Source: Octopus vulgaris (lineage: Eukaryota). From it: a stretch of 64,000 bases of DNA. The stretch covers positions 56,916,001 to 56,980,000 of the forward strand of contig OX597819.1 of assembly GCA_951406725.2 (NCBI GenBank). Reading direction: 5' to 3'. Each line of letters begins with the position of its first letter. Positions within the stretch are counted from its first letter, which is position 1. Below are positions 45,161 through 58,958 of this stretch, one piece after another. A model generated the notes under the pieces. That model did not search any database. It saw only the letters and a program-made list of their open reading frames with translations, and was not told the origin of the DNA. Made by a program: the position numbers and the translations under genes.

Positions 45161-45571
45161 GGGTTTTTTTCGTTTTGAACAGCAGTTTTTTCTAGCGGTG
45201 TCATATGAAATTGTCACCCATAATTATAACCCTAGAATCGATCTATTGCATTTCAATCCCTTTTAGGGTTAGGGTTAGGGGTGGGGGAAGTGTATCTTTT
45301 TTCTTCACAAATGTAAATGAACACAATCTGTTTCTTAAACGAGGCACATATTCATACGGCACAGAATGCTTCTTAACTGAATAGACGTCACTGATTGGTT
45401 GAAATTGCAGAAATTGAAGAAAAAAACTATTATCTTACAAACTATAGAATGTTCTCCATAAAGCCAAGAGAAAAAGATGTTTTATAAACGCATTCTACCA
45501 GTATGCGAAGTTCAAAATTTTTAGTTCCCTAGAAATTATGTTAAAAACTGCCGTTCAAACCGAAAAGATCC
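45161..45571. mobile_element. MITE with GG...CC termini, ~27-bp imperfect TIRs and an 8-bp TSD (Merlin-like?)
   Basis: CAGAGTGT at 45153-45160 and 45572-45579; TIRs gggtttttttcgttttgaacagcagttttt / aaaaactgccgttcaaaccgaaaagatcc. Confidence 0.8.
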
Positions 45572-46649
45572 CAGAGTGTTAGTATAGCATTCGCCCAGGT
45601 TTATGGATTTGCCAAGACGCTAATTTAGAGCGACGTAAACAAATCAACAGCGGTTGTCAAGAGATGTTAGGGGACAACCACAAAAAAAAAAAGAAACATG
45701 TACGTACACACGTATGTATGGATATCTATGTGCGTGTGTGTGTATGTATATGCGTGTACACGACAGTTTCCTTCACCCAAATTTATTCACAAATCATAGG
45801 TCGACCAAAAAACAACAGCGGAACACATGTGTCCAACGTGCGGCCCAGTAACACTGAGCTTGAGATCACGTATTTGAAAACCGAACTTCTTATCCGGAGA
45901 GCCATACTCGTGCTATTTGCGTACCTGATTGTCTAACTTCTTTAGTACATTTTCTAGTCGTCTATTGATAAAGTGGTGCCTATATGAGATTTTGCATGAG
46001 ATAATGATCTTCTAAGCAGTGTAGAAAATAAAAGTATCTTCAACATTCATTAGTAGGCATGACAGTTGTTAAAGTTTGGTGTCCCGTGTTTAGGCTTAAT
46101 ACGTTGCACGTTGGAGGTATGGCGTGTATTTTACTCGACTAAACTATTTAAGGTGGTACCGAACAGGAGTGTAGCTGTCGTCCAATAACTGAAAGAAGTA
46201 AAAGAAAAATTTAAGCCCTTAAAAGTTTTATGTTAAATTTTTAAGTGTTTAACATTTGGTATAGGCTTTTAATATTCACAAATATCGTGTTATGTTATGC
46301 AGTGTATCATGGTGTCTTGCTGAGAGTTGCAAATGCATTCTGTGTTTCTAATTAGTTTTGTACGCTTTTGTTAAATTGTTTATTCTTTGAAACATTTGGT
46401 TTGAGATAAATAAACTTTTCCAAGAATATTTTGATTTTGGAGAAGTTTGTTTTGAAGGCTTATAAGATCTTGATCATTTTCATTCAAATATTTCCATAGA
46501 AGCTATCAGATATTGTACCCCTGGTAAGTTAGAAAATTGAAAGCCCCTCATTCTGAAACATTTCACTGTATTTTAGCTTGTTGTCAATTTTATGTGTTCG
46601 TCATTATATTGTTTAGCAGGAAGTTTCCGTGTTTAATGGTTACCTGTTT

Positions 46650-46883
46650 CTCATTTCTTTATTGCATACAAGGGACTAAACATAGAGGGGACAAACAAGG
46701 AGAGACAAACGAATTAAGTCGATTACATCGATTCCAGTGTGTAACTGGTTCTTATTTAATCGACCCCTAAAGGATGTAAGGCAAAGTCGACCTCAGCGGA
46801 ATTTGAACTCAGTAGGTAGCGGCAATCGAAATACCGCGAAGCATTTCGCCGGGTGTGCTAACGTTTCTGCCAGGTAGCCGCCT
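46650..46883 (-). mobile_element. SINE type B
   Basis: gctaacgtttctgccagg..ccgcc reverse-complement head; 'aggcaaagtcgacctc' body. Confidence 0.85.
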
Positions 46884-48013
46884 TAATGGTTATCTGTTTC
46901 TATTCCTTCGAATGCCATGCAGCTCATTATCAACGGCTCCCTTCGCAACGCACACTCTGCAGATAGTGATTTTTCTAAGTGGAGTCTTATGTTATACATG
47001 AATAAAACATTTTTGACAAATAGGCATAGACAATACTGTGCACCTAAGATTGTTTTGCGACACTTGGATTGGTTTCAATCCTGCTGCGCGTTAATTTGGA
47101 GGTACTAACACGACCTCTGCTTCTTTGAGTTTGATTATTATACACACAACTTGATTTACTTAGCCATCTGGAGTTCGTCACGCATGCTGCATCAACTACC
47201 TCATCCATTTGTTACTGACTGAAATATCAACATTCTTGACTTCATCCCCACCCATGTTTTCCTTATAGATACCACCTTCGAGGCCTCAAACTAAAATATT
47301 AATAACATGAAATTTCCCAGACCGATCCAGAAGGTCTGCAAAGGGTATGTGTATAGTTCCTTAGTAAATTGTTCGATTTTACAAAAACCATGAATACGTA
47401 AACAATGTTTCTCGTCTAATATTTTTATTGTAAACCAGTGAAGCGGTAAAACTCTTCCTCGATCGAATTTATAGCAGTATTTTACTTTCATTTCATTCTA
47501 TTCTGTTTCCAAGATCAATTCTTTGGCATTGAGTCTATTGGGGAATTGGGGCGAAGAATTTCTTTAGATTATTACAGCGAAAAATATTTCAATACTTTGC
47601 AAATTTAAAACGTATCATTGATAATCTATTATTTCTTTTGGTTTGTCAGTTTGTTGAGTCTTTTAAATTAGATTGCATTTATCCTACTTTAAGCTAGCCT
47701 GAGAATTGATCCTAAATGGGGCATTTCGATACCCACAGATATTTAATGTACAACTGGATTTCTCACCCTGTTTTTGACCTATCGGAAAATCATTGCTATG
47801 TATGAACGTATCGATCCCAAAGAGATGTATCAATTCCTTTGAATACTTCTATACTAATTTCACTGCATCAAATTATTTGCACCTCCTCCACCTCGTCTCC
47901 TAACTCTCTCGTCACTCCCTGATTCATACGTGAGTACTTATTAGGCCAGTCCTCGCTCTATCACTCATTTTCTCTCTGTGCGTACATACGCGTGTGTAGG
48001 TGTATTAGTCAGT

Positions 48014-48071
<58 letters not shown>

Positions 48072-48302
48072 GCATACAAACATATATATATATATATTAT
48101 ATATATGTCTATGTATATATATATATATATATGCATAATAGGTATTTATACATATACACATATACACATATTCAGTATACATATATGTATGTATATAAAT
48201 ATATATATGTATGTATGTATGTATATATATATATATATATATCAAATACTTATATACATATATAGGTATTTATACATATCACACATATTTCACATATTGT
48301 CG

Positions 48303-48361
<59 letters not shown>

Positions 48362-48372
48362 ATATATATATA

Positions 48373-48490
48373 CAAGTTATACAAACACACTTATATGTTT
48401 GCGCGTATATATCTATATCTATATAGATAGATAGATCTATCTATATATATATATATACGCGCAAACATATAAGTGTGTTTGTATAACTTG
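48373..48490. repeat. Perfect ~40-bp inverted repeat around a TATC/GATA/TA spacer
   Basis: caagttatacaaacacacttatatgtttgcgcgtatatat / atatatacgcgcaaacatataagtgtgtttgtataacttg. Confidence 0.93.
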
Positions 48491-49789
48491 CTCTGCGTTA
48501 GTCCTTGAATGAACTTTGATCTCCTTTTTCGAGATTAAAGAAAAAGTGAAGCGTAATTTGAGCATTGTTGTTTCGTTTATGTATCAGTAATCCATAACAT
48601 ACAATCATTTATCTAAAATAAATATCTTATTAAGTATCTTTCTCTATACATATTTACTTGCACATGTTGAGTTGAATTCCTCTATGAATATCTACTCCAA
48701 TTTGGAATCTGTCCATTTCGTATATATTTTGGGCATTTTTTTTCCAGAACAACCGAAGCATTCACAGAGAAAAAAAATATACATTTTCAAAATGTACAAA
48801 ACAAAAGATAAAGTACCTCATTTTGTTACTGCATTAAAAAAAAATTGTTATTGACTAATACTTTTGGCCTTCTACAAGACCTTTGTATACCATCACTTCT
48901 TTGCCGCCTCTTTAGAAAGCTTCGGTTTTGTCAGGATTTTTTTACAACTTTTATTTAAAAAATACACATTTGTTCTTATTATTTTGAGTTTTGTTTCCCC
49001 AGAATTGAATACTCCCTTTGGTCAAAACACTTTCTAAAATTACAAATGTATTTATTTAATATCATGTGAGTAATCAATATTCTCCCTTATTTTTTAATAT
49101 ATTTTACGTGTAGTTTGTTTTTTTTATATATTTGCATTTGCTAAAACTAAATTTAGATTAATGTAATTATCGTGAATTGTCTGATTTGCTTTTAACAGTA
49201 CTCTAGTTAACATAATTTCAATCAAATCGAAGCCATCACTTCTCTGTTTTCGTATATTTCTGTCTCTGTCTTTTCAATATATATTAGGGAATTAATGCAC
49301 GATTTTTTCCTGTCAATTTATATTCTACGTTTAAGGCTCCTGAAGTCTATTGCTTCTTTTGTTATATTGTCTGGCCCGAATGAAAAATAACTGAGAATAG
49401 AGAAAAAAAAAAGTGTTGAAAACCAAATTAAAGAAAACATATATTGAAGTTATGATTTCCCATTCATTCATCTCTTGTATCTTCGATCTGATATGAAATG
49501 CCGTTGAAGTGGTAGAGTTGCCAGTTCTGATAGCTGTGTTATTTTATGGTATAGTATTTCTTCAAAGCCACGATCTAGAATTGGATGATTTTGTTGGATG
49601 AAGATTCTGCAATGCATTTTATCTGAATTCAACAGTAAAATGTAGAAATAACCTATAGTATTGAAGTATGAATAACCGGCGGCAGATATCAAATCATTTG
49701 GCAAAATTTCTACATTCTTGCATAAGTATTGAAAGGAAAGTAACACAATATGATAAACAGTTGATTAATCACATTTTTTTCGTTTAGTT

Positions 49790-50031
49790 GCTTCGCTCAT
49801 TACAATGCGTCTATGCTGAGGCACCACCTTGAAGAATTTTAGTGGAATAAATCGACTTCATGATTTGTTAATAATTTAATTTTTTTTTTTTTTTTGTAGA
49901 GCCTGGTACTTATTCCATCGGACTTGATTGCCGAACGGCTAAGTTACGGGAACGTAAACACGATACAGGTTGTCAAGCAGCAGTTGGGTACAGACACATA
50001 CAAAAGGATACACACGCATGCACACTCACTC

Positions 50032-50065
<34 letters not shown>

Positions 50066-50205
50066 GACGCGCTTTCAGCTTCCGTCTACCAAATGCACTG
50101 ACAAGGCTTTAATTGGACCAAGGTTAATAGAAACTTGCCCAAGGTGCCACGCATTGAGATTGAACCCCGAACCATGCGACTCGGAAACAAACTTCTTACC
50201 AAACA
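49790..50205 (-). mobile_element. Diverged SINE type A
   Basis: cttccgtctaccaaat, cttgcccaaggtgccacgca, gccgaacggctaagttacggg. Confidence 0.8.
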
Positions 50206-52637
50206 ACCGTTCACTTTCAACATATCCGGAATTCAAGAATACGTCGATATCTTTAATGTTGTACATCTTCGCTCTTCTCCCATGCAATAAAATAAAATAA
50301 CACTGCATTTTTATCATTACATTGTTCTGCAAATGTAAAATTCGCCTGGCCTCACTAATCCACTAATTTTTAATCTAAGAAGTACTTACTATTGTAAACC
50401 AATAAAAACGGAAAAGACAGTTAGAAAGCCCTGCACTCACCATTGTTTTTACTAAAAGTGTTTATACCATCCAGCCCTAAGTCAGCTTTGACCGAGCAGA
50501 TCTATGAAGAACATAGGATCCAAATGCGTCTACCTATTTCTATTATATCGAGAACTACTTTCCACGTAGTATTAAATATACATTTGAGAAGTGTCTGTCT
50601 GCCTATATTTAGCAGTTTGGATGACCACATAGATATTCCAGCATTGCTGCCCGTGTATAAATGTTATTGACGTAAGCTGGTAGCTTCCTAATTTAATAAG
50701 AGTTTGAGTTCTACAAACATATCAAATACTTCCGCTTTCTATTCAAACAGTTGTACAGCCTGTATACATGATGCTAGCTTTAAGATGAATACAAGTAGCG
50801 AACGTGATGCGAGCTTTGGGCTAAATAGATAAAATGCATTTATATGAATCGAAGAGTGGATTTTCGAAGAATTCTAAGCTAACTTTACAGATGTAGAGGT
50901 CAAATTTCAATAATATCTGCAAGTTTACGTGAAGGATTGTACGTAATTATTGTTGAGAAGTGATTATTCAAAGTAGCAATGTGTTGAAAACAACATGTAA
51001 CAAGAACCAAAAATTGTTTTATGGAAATGACACAAAGGCCAGGTGCTCAATATCACACACCACTTAGACTCATATTGGATGGTCAATAGAATTTTGTTAA
51101 GTGGTTGAGATTAACACCCAAAATAGTATGCTGTTAAGGGATCTTAATATTGCATGTGATGTAATTGGAATAAATTTTTATACGGAATGATAGGGAAAAA
51201 AGTTGCAAGGTACCGTTTTGTGTATGTTACTGGTAAAGTATTTGTGCTTCCAGTATCTCTGAATCCATCGCACACTAACACACTAGCACGCAGACATACA
51301 CACACACGGACACACACACAGATACATAATACGCACTCACACTCATCCCCACCACACATATATGTGTGTGTATGTATATATGTATGTACGTACGCATGTA
51401 GCTGTACCTGTTGTATTTCCAAAGTTCAGTTACGGAAGGAGTAAAAGGTATTCACAACGTATTGTAGAATCTCTATACGTTTATCATATTATTAATGGGG
51501 AACAGTATTATTCCATTAGTGAGAAATTCTCACCCTATGTCCACGAAAACTCGATTGAAAATGCTAATGGAATTATTGTTGACAGTTTATATCATGAAAT
51601 GGCGTGTGTCTTGAACTTCTGATCTGTCTACGTATGGTTTAATGATTGTCTACATTCTGATTAAATTCTACAATCTTATAGTGAGCGAGATAAGGTCTCT
51701 GGAACTATATTCACCTTTACATGAAACGGTCAGAGACAACGTTCATCCAAATACCACTGTTATTGCGTGGTATATTATGGGCACGTTCGCAGGGTTGACG
51801 TCATGGTTATCGCTATGTAATCAAGTGCGGATGTTGACATTAGAATAAAAGATTAGAATAGTACTACTATATCTTAGTAGTAGTACTATATCTTAGTGGT
51901 TAGAAGATGGAAACAGAAAATTTCAAAACTCGTTGGGAAAAAGAGGAAGAAAAGCGGGAAAAAATGGATCACCTCAAGCAAAAACATAGAATGCTAACGG
52001 ACGGACTTCCTCCCCACGGAATCACCAAGTTTAGTATTAATGTGGAAGGAGTGTAGTTGACTGTTCAGTTTCGTATAGGAGCTGGCGGCATATGTCCGAA
52101 TCAGTATACTGGTAGACAATTTTGAAAACTATTAGCAGAAACGCCACGATGAGAGGTTTTTTGTTGAAGATTGCATTGGTGTCCTACGAAAATATGGAGG
52201 AATATTCTTCAGAAGATGTGGGATACTTAACAACTCAGCTGTCCGCAAATTGCACATGGCATGGGGAATGTAAAGCACTTGGCGCCTAGCGGACTGGTGT
52301 TATGTTTGAATCTTTTGCTACATCTTACCTGTGTGTATATGGGTCGCACTACCAGTTTGTAGTCTTCTTAATCAAGAACTTCGTAATTGTCGTGGTTTGT
52401 GCATAAGAAAAGTTTACTCATTAATTATTCTCTGTAATTATCTGACGTAATTAAAGAAATTAACTGCTGCATCATATATAACTCTCATTCAGTATAATCC
52501 AGAACACATGCCTCAACATGTTCTGTAAACAAATCTACAAGACTTTTAATCGCATGTGCGGAAACATTCAGGTGTCCATTACAAAGAAATGAGTTTGCTT
52601 ATGTCGTTGCTGTTTTTGTTGTTGTTGTAATATTTAA

Positions 52638-52850
52638 GGCAGTGGGCTGGCAGAAGCTTTAGCACGTCGGGCGAAATGCTTACCGGTATCTCGTCTATCT
52701 ATACGTTCTGAGTTCAAATTACACCAAGGTCTATTTTACTTTTCATCGTTTCGGGGTCGATACCTTAAATGCCAGTGGATCACTGGGGTCGACGAAATCG
52801 ATTAGTCCCTTCCCCTAAAAGTTCATGCCTTATGGTTACGACAGAAAGGA
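52638..52850 (+). mobile_element. SINE type B-like ending in (ATT)n
   Basis: ggcagtgggctggcagaa..ttagcacgtcgggcgaaatgc, ttctgagttcaaatt. Confidence 0.8.
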
Positions 52851-52868
52851 TTATTATTTTCATTATTA

Positions 52869-52923
<55 letters not shown>

Positions 52924-52924
52924 G

Positions 52925-54620
52925 AAAGACTCTCGCATAGTTCTTAATTACCGGTTATTCTTTACTTGAAAACAGGCAAGAACAAATCACCAAAGATTTC
53001 AAGTAGTGCCTTCTCCTGTGGCTCAGAGACCAATTCTCTCCTTAGAATGCGAGCTGTACCCAACAATGTTGCCTTTTGGATTACTTCGATCCTGATAGCA
53101 GCTCCAATATTCTTAGTATGTTTTTCAAAGCCCTTGGAAACTGCTACTTATGCTCCAATTACCACCAGTATCAGCATTACTTTCCTCATGCCCCATACCC
53201 TTCCTATTTCGTCCCGCAGTGGCTGGTATTTCTCAATCTTTTCTGTTTCCGTACATTTACCCCACGAATCGCCTGGTTTTGCAACATCTATTATCTTTAC
53301 TTCTTTTTCATCTTTACGGATGAGCACGACATGTGGTAGTCTCGCCTCTATAACGTGGTCGAACTGTATGCTAAAATTCAAAAGTATTTTGTAATGCTCA
53401 TTTTCCATTACTCCCTCTGGCTTGAGTTCATATCATTGTTCGGCTCTGTCGAGGTTTGCTTTACCGCACAACAGCCAGTGGACATATCTGGCCACATTGT
53501 CGTGTCTCCTTTTGTAGTCGCGTTGTGCGAGTTTACATTACTCACTAATAATATGGCTTATACTTTCTCCCTTCTCAGAGCACATCCTACACTGTGGAAG
53601 TCAGTTCAGTATTTTTATTAATGTGATATTTGGATTAGTTTGTTCTGAGAGCTTGTTCTTGAGCGCTGCACACTAATGCCGCAGTGGGCCCTTTTAATTT
53701 TTTAAATCTCCTTTTTATAGCCATTGCCAGCTTCTATTCCAATCAAGCTCATCTTTATTCTTCAAGAATTGACTGTCGTTTTCTTGTCCTGCCAAATTTT
53801 CTTCCTCTGCTTTCTCTGGTCTTTCTTAAACAGTATTCGATATACGGCTTCATTCACTTTTAAGGTTCCTTGCATTTTCACTGCTTCAATCATTTCTTCT
53901 TTACTCCCCTTGACATACCAAGCCAGGAAATTCTCCTCTTCACTTACACAACCTTCACAGCACACAAATCTCCGTCCTCCTTCCCTTCTCTTTACACAAA
54001 ATCTTGACACATCACTTTTGGACGTAGTTCCTTGTTCATTGTCATTAATTTACACGTGTTCTCCGGTCGATCTCTTGTAATTCATGTTTCTTCCAAGATA
54101 CTATTCTAGCCCCTTACCTCATCAAAGCAACAGCCCACATGTTAAATGCACTAAACTTAATTCCTCTAATCTTAGCTTCCATCGGAGCACAAGCCGAGTT
54201 CTCCTCAAATACTCATTCTTGTACATTTCTTTCATCTTGTGTTCATTCATCTTATCGCTTTCAATGATACCCTGATACTTATATCCTTCCTCTCCGTCTT
54301 CCCTTTTGGTTTCACCACTTTTTAGCTTGATCCCATGGCTTTCCCCTTTTGCTAATCATCTACTCAGTTGCCGTCAAACTCTCAATTTCTTTCCCAGTCT
54401 TAGCGATTAGCTTTAGGTCATCCATAAACCACAGGTTGTTTACTTTCATCCTGCTTAGCATGTACTCCACACGCATCTTTCTTAAACCGCTCATAATGGC
54501 AGTATGCAGACAACAAATAAGAAAGGTGACAGAATGTCCGCTTGAAAGATTCCTTGTTTGATATTTACCTCTCCCAGCTTATCTCTCCAAGCTACGAGTT
54601 CAGTTCGCCACGTTGTCATT
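52925..54620 (-). mobile_element. R4/Dong-like non-LTR retrotransposon, 3' part (end of RT, CCHC, restriction-like endonuclease), decayed
   Basis: LWFMDDLKL, GYKY, KRREGGR, CRMCSEKGESISHIISE*CKLAQRDYKRRHDNVARYVHWLLC, ENEHYKILLNFSIQFDHVIEARLPHVVL..IIDVAKPGD..ETEKIEKYQPL; 3' end abuts (ATT)n at 52850-52922. Confidence 0.88.
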
Positions 54621-54659
54621 GAGTTTTGGTTTAGATACAGAATATTGTGTGAGACCTTA

Positions 54660-56228
54660 AGCAGTTTAAGGCATTCAATAATCTCATGGTCTCACTGAAT
54701 CATAAAATCCCATAGGATCTTTGCATTTCTATTTTCGACAATGCCTTAAGGTTTTTGGCTCTGTAAAGTCCATACTTGTTGCAACGTGTCCAATGGACAA
54801 GCCTGAGTACATTGTCATGGCGTTGTCATATTCCTTCTGGGTTAGTGGCGTACATTGGCTGGTAAAATGCCATAAGATTTCACCGTTTTTCCACAGATTC
54901 TGCACTGTTCACTTTCTGATGTTTTCTATTCTGTATTTTATGTAGTTTGTTCTTACAGCTTGCTCATAGGCAGCATAGATTAGAGCCTTCGTTTCCGGTT
55001 TTAAATCACTTTTAGTCATCCATAGCCATCCATTTTTTGTCTGTCTTATCTTCAACATCCCTATGAAATTGACCATACATTATTTTCTTTAACCACCTAT
55101 TTTCAGTTTCATTAGTTTTCAATTTCTTTTATAGTGCTTTATCTTTGCAATCTTTCATCTTTACACACGCCTGACCTTCATACTTCTAACAATAGCGGTT
55201 CTGTGGCATTTTTACATACCATGCTATGTTGTTTTCTTCTGCTCTAATTCTGTGTTCGCATCCAATAAGTCCTCTTCCCCCTCTTTTGCTTGGTACATAC
55301 AGTCTGTCTGTGCCATTTTTGGGGTGGAGTAACCCATATCTAGTTAGCAAATTTTTTATCTTTCTGTCTAAGCTGTTTAGTTCGTCTACTATCCATGCCA
55401 TTACCCCTGCTCCATATGTTAATAGCTTCGATCTTATTCAGTCCGTTTAATTTCGACTTAAGGATCAGTCTCAGTCTGCGTAAGTACTCCACCTTAAATT
55501 TTCCTGTCATTTCTTTCTCCATTAATTTATCCATTTCCAAAATCCCCAAATACTTATAGCCCGTCACTTCTATCTGCTTCATAACCTTCCCCGACTGTAT
55601 CGTTAGTCCCTCCAAACATTTTATTTTGCCTGTCTTCAATACTAACATATCACACTTGCTCAGTCCGAACACCATTCTGCTATCAGCACTGAAAGTATAC
55701 ACCGTATCAACGAGGGAACTGACTGGGGCTTCATCTTTATCATAAAGTTTGAGGTCATCCATGGATAACAAATGGCTGGCTTTTTGTTGGCGGCTTTTGA
55801 ATGCATACCCACTTTTGCTTTCCTCAGAATCAGTGTCAGTGGTATCAAGCACGGTACAAAGATCAGGCAGTCTCCTTGGAAGATGCCCCTCCCAATTTCT
55901 ACTGTCCCTAAACTTCTTCCGAATGCTGTCAGGTCCGTCTTCCAAATTCCCCATACTTTTTCTAAGAAATCGCTCAACATTCGATGCAATCCCAAACAGG
56001 TTCATACACTCCATAATCAAGGAAGGTGGGATCATATCGTACGCCTTACGATAGTCGATCCATGCCATGGCTAAGTTACTTTTCTTCCTCTTGAAGTCTC
56101 TGAGTACAGTTTTATCTATCAGGAATTGATCCTTGGTACCTCTGCACTTACGATTGGGACCCTTCTGCTTATGTGGCAGTATTCCATTTTTTCTTAGATG
56201 TTCGTACATTGAATCTGATAGTATTCCA

Positions 56229-56230
<2 letters not shown>
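54660..56230 (-). mobile_element. Second R4/Dong-like element (RT domain to the start of the endonuclease), decayed
   Basis: [84 protein letters not shown]; truncated 5' end abuts (TTA)n at 56231-56273. Confidence 0.9.
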
Positions 56231-56274
<44 letters not shown>

Positions 56275-56705
56275 GGCGTAGGTGTGGCTGTGTGGTAAGT
56301 AGCTTACTTACGAACCACATGGTTCCGGGTTCAGTCCCACTGAGTGGAAATTTAGGCAAAGTGTCTTCTACTATAGCCTCGGGCCGACCAAAGCCTTCTC
56401 AGTTTATTTGGTAGACGGAAACTGAAAAAATATGTAAGTATATATATGTAAGTATGTATATATGTATGTATGCGTGTGTATATGGTTGTGTGTCTGTGTT
56501 TGTCCCCCCAACATCGCTTCACAACCGGTGCTGCTGTGTTTACGTCGCCGTAACTTAGCTGTTCGGCAAAAGCGACCGATAGAATAAGTTCTAGGCTTAC
56601 AAAGAATAAGTCCTGGGATCGATTTGCTCGACTAAAAGGCGGTGCTCCAGCATGACCACAGTCAAATGACTGAAACATGTAAAAGAGTAAAAGAGTAAAG
56701 AGAGT
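56275..56705 (+). mobile_element. SINE type A, full length
   Basis: Colinear with the copy at 3844-4257. Confidence 0.9.
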
Positions 56706-58634
56706 AGTAGATTAGCGCTTCCAGATACCTTTCAAACATGCTATAAAACTACTGAACAACAACAGCAAAAGCAACAACAACAATTTTATCACCATCATCA
56801 TCATTATCATCATCATCACGTTCATCGTTATTCAGAGCAGTAGATAAAAGAATGAATCAACTGCTGTGCCAAGCTTTTCATTTTTACGTCTCTTTATATT
56901 GTTAGTGCCAATCAAACCTAGCTCGATATTGTCTTTCATCCATTTATGATCGATAAAATAATTATCAACGCCATACTTGGATCGATTTATGCAACTGCAA
57001 CACCCCTCACCGAAAAATTTGCCTCGAAGCTACGTTAGAAATCGTAACAAAAATTATTAGCAATAGTTTTAATTATTGTTTTAGTTATTGTTTGAGAAAT
57101 AGTAAATGAACTATATTTTTCGCCTTAACATTTTCGATTTCTCTCTTTTCAAATCTCACCAAGGTCAGAAGTGTCTATTTTTGTTTTCTGATTCGATAAG
57201 ATAAGTACTAGTAATATATCAGGGTCAATAATATCGACTGTCACTTCTCTCCTTAGAACATTGGCCCTGCTGGCCGAAAGAAACTCGTCATTACTATTAA
57301 TATTATAGTTTGAATTTTTCTTTGTTCGCACTAACTATTGCTATAGGTCGACGCTGTTTGAATAATGAATAAAATTATGTCTTTTATTTCTATATTACCG
57401 ATATAGTGTGCAGAGGAGTCTCAAGACCTTTAATCCCATTGCAATAAATGATGTCTTTATATTAGTATCTGTCTGACAATTATGTATATGTTGAATAGAA
57501 TCGGATGACATTGTAGCGTCGAAATCCGCCGGGAAATTGGCTGTGGAATATTGATTGCTTCATAATAATTTCAGCTTTGCTAAACTTCTCTCTCCATGAC
57601 TACCGACTTTTTATAATAATGGAACACTTGAAGGTGAACCAGACTGGGTTATAATCTGTGGGCTTTCATGATTTCAATTTCTACTCTTATGATCATATTT
57701 CTATGAAACGAGAGGGTGGCGGAACGCGAGTGGTTGATGAATGGACAATGGGTCTCTACCAAGGGAAAGACGGGAAGCAGTGAGTAGACGACAGAGTGAG
57801 CGAGAGAAAGAGAGAGAGAAATAAAGAAGAGGTGAAGAATGTGTGATATTTAATGAGGCAACTTACAAGAGAAAAGTAGAACGAGCAGAAAGAAAAAAAA
57901 TATCGTCTTTAACATCAACCTTGCTAATGTTTTCTGTCTTGTATTACGAAGATTAACGTTATTGTGCCAGGAAATATGGCTGTGGAAATACACATAAATC
58001 ATCTTAGAATAATTATTATGTGTTCGTATGATATGAATATGTGCGGATTTATAACGTCTATCCGTGTATGAAATACGTAAAGACAGAATCAGAGAAACAA
58101 AGATAGGAAGAAAATCGAAAAAGAAAGAATAGTGCTGAATATTATAAACGATTTCTATTGTAACTCATATTATTGTGGTCATGAAAGGTGAGGCCCAATA
58201 CAGCTCTTACAAAACTGAAGCCGCAGTATGTTGCATATGTAAGAATTTGATAGCAGTTTAATATCTACAAGAAAACTTAGATTGCGCATTCAAACGTCTG
58301 CATCTGAAGTTAATTAAGCATATAAATTATAGACAGGTTAATACAGAGTCTTCTTGGAACAATGACAAAAAATATTATAGAGACAACAGTTGAACAGTGA
58401 TTTCATACATGAAAAATGTTTACATAGAGATTTTAATATCACCATTGAATATACATAATAAACGCATAGAATATAGTTAATCATCTTCCTCTATTCATAT
58501 CTTTATGTAGCTAACCTTTGCTATAATTATATGTAAGGAGACAAATAAATAGAAAATATGGAGTGCAAAGATTCATTTATGCACATATAATTACAAACAC
58601 ACACACAAACATGCGTAAATACATATAGATGTAA

Positions 58635-58680
<46 letters not shown>

Positions 58681-58859
58681 GGCTGACAACCAGTGTTGGT
58701 GTGTTTATGTCCCCGTAACCTAGTGGTTTGGCAAAATTGAGCGATAGAATAAATACCAGGCTTAAGAAAATACTTCAAGACAAGGCATCAGCATGGCAGC
58801 AATCTAATGTTCGAAACAAATGAAAGATTTAATATATATATATATGCGTGTGTGTGGGG

Positions 58860-58890
<31 letters not shown>

Positions 58891-58921
58891 CCTATAGTCA
58901 CGCTCATTCATATATATATAT

Positions 58922-58958
<37 letters not shown>

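Noticed and set aside
45263-45280. Telomere or chromosome-fusion site
   Set aside because: Only three TTAGGG units, internal to a TSD-flanked MITE
51880-52400. Possible decayed LINE ORF1-like coding relic
   Set aside because: No convincing motif could be read; it would need BLASTX
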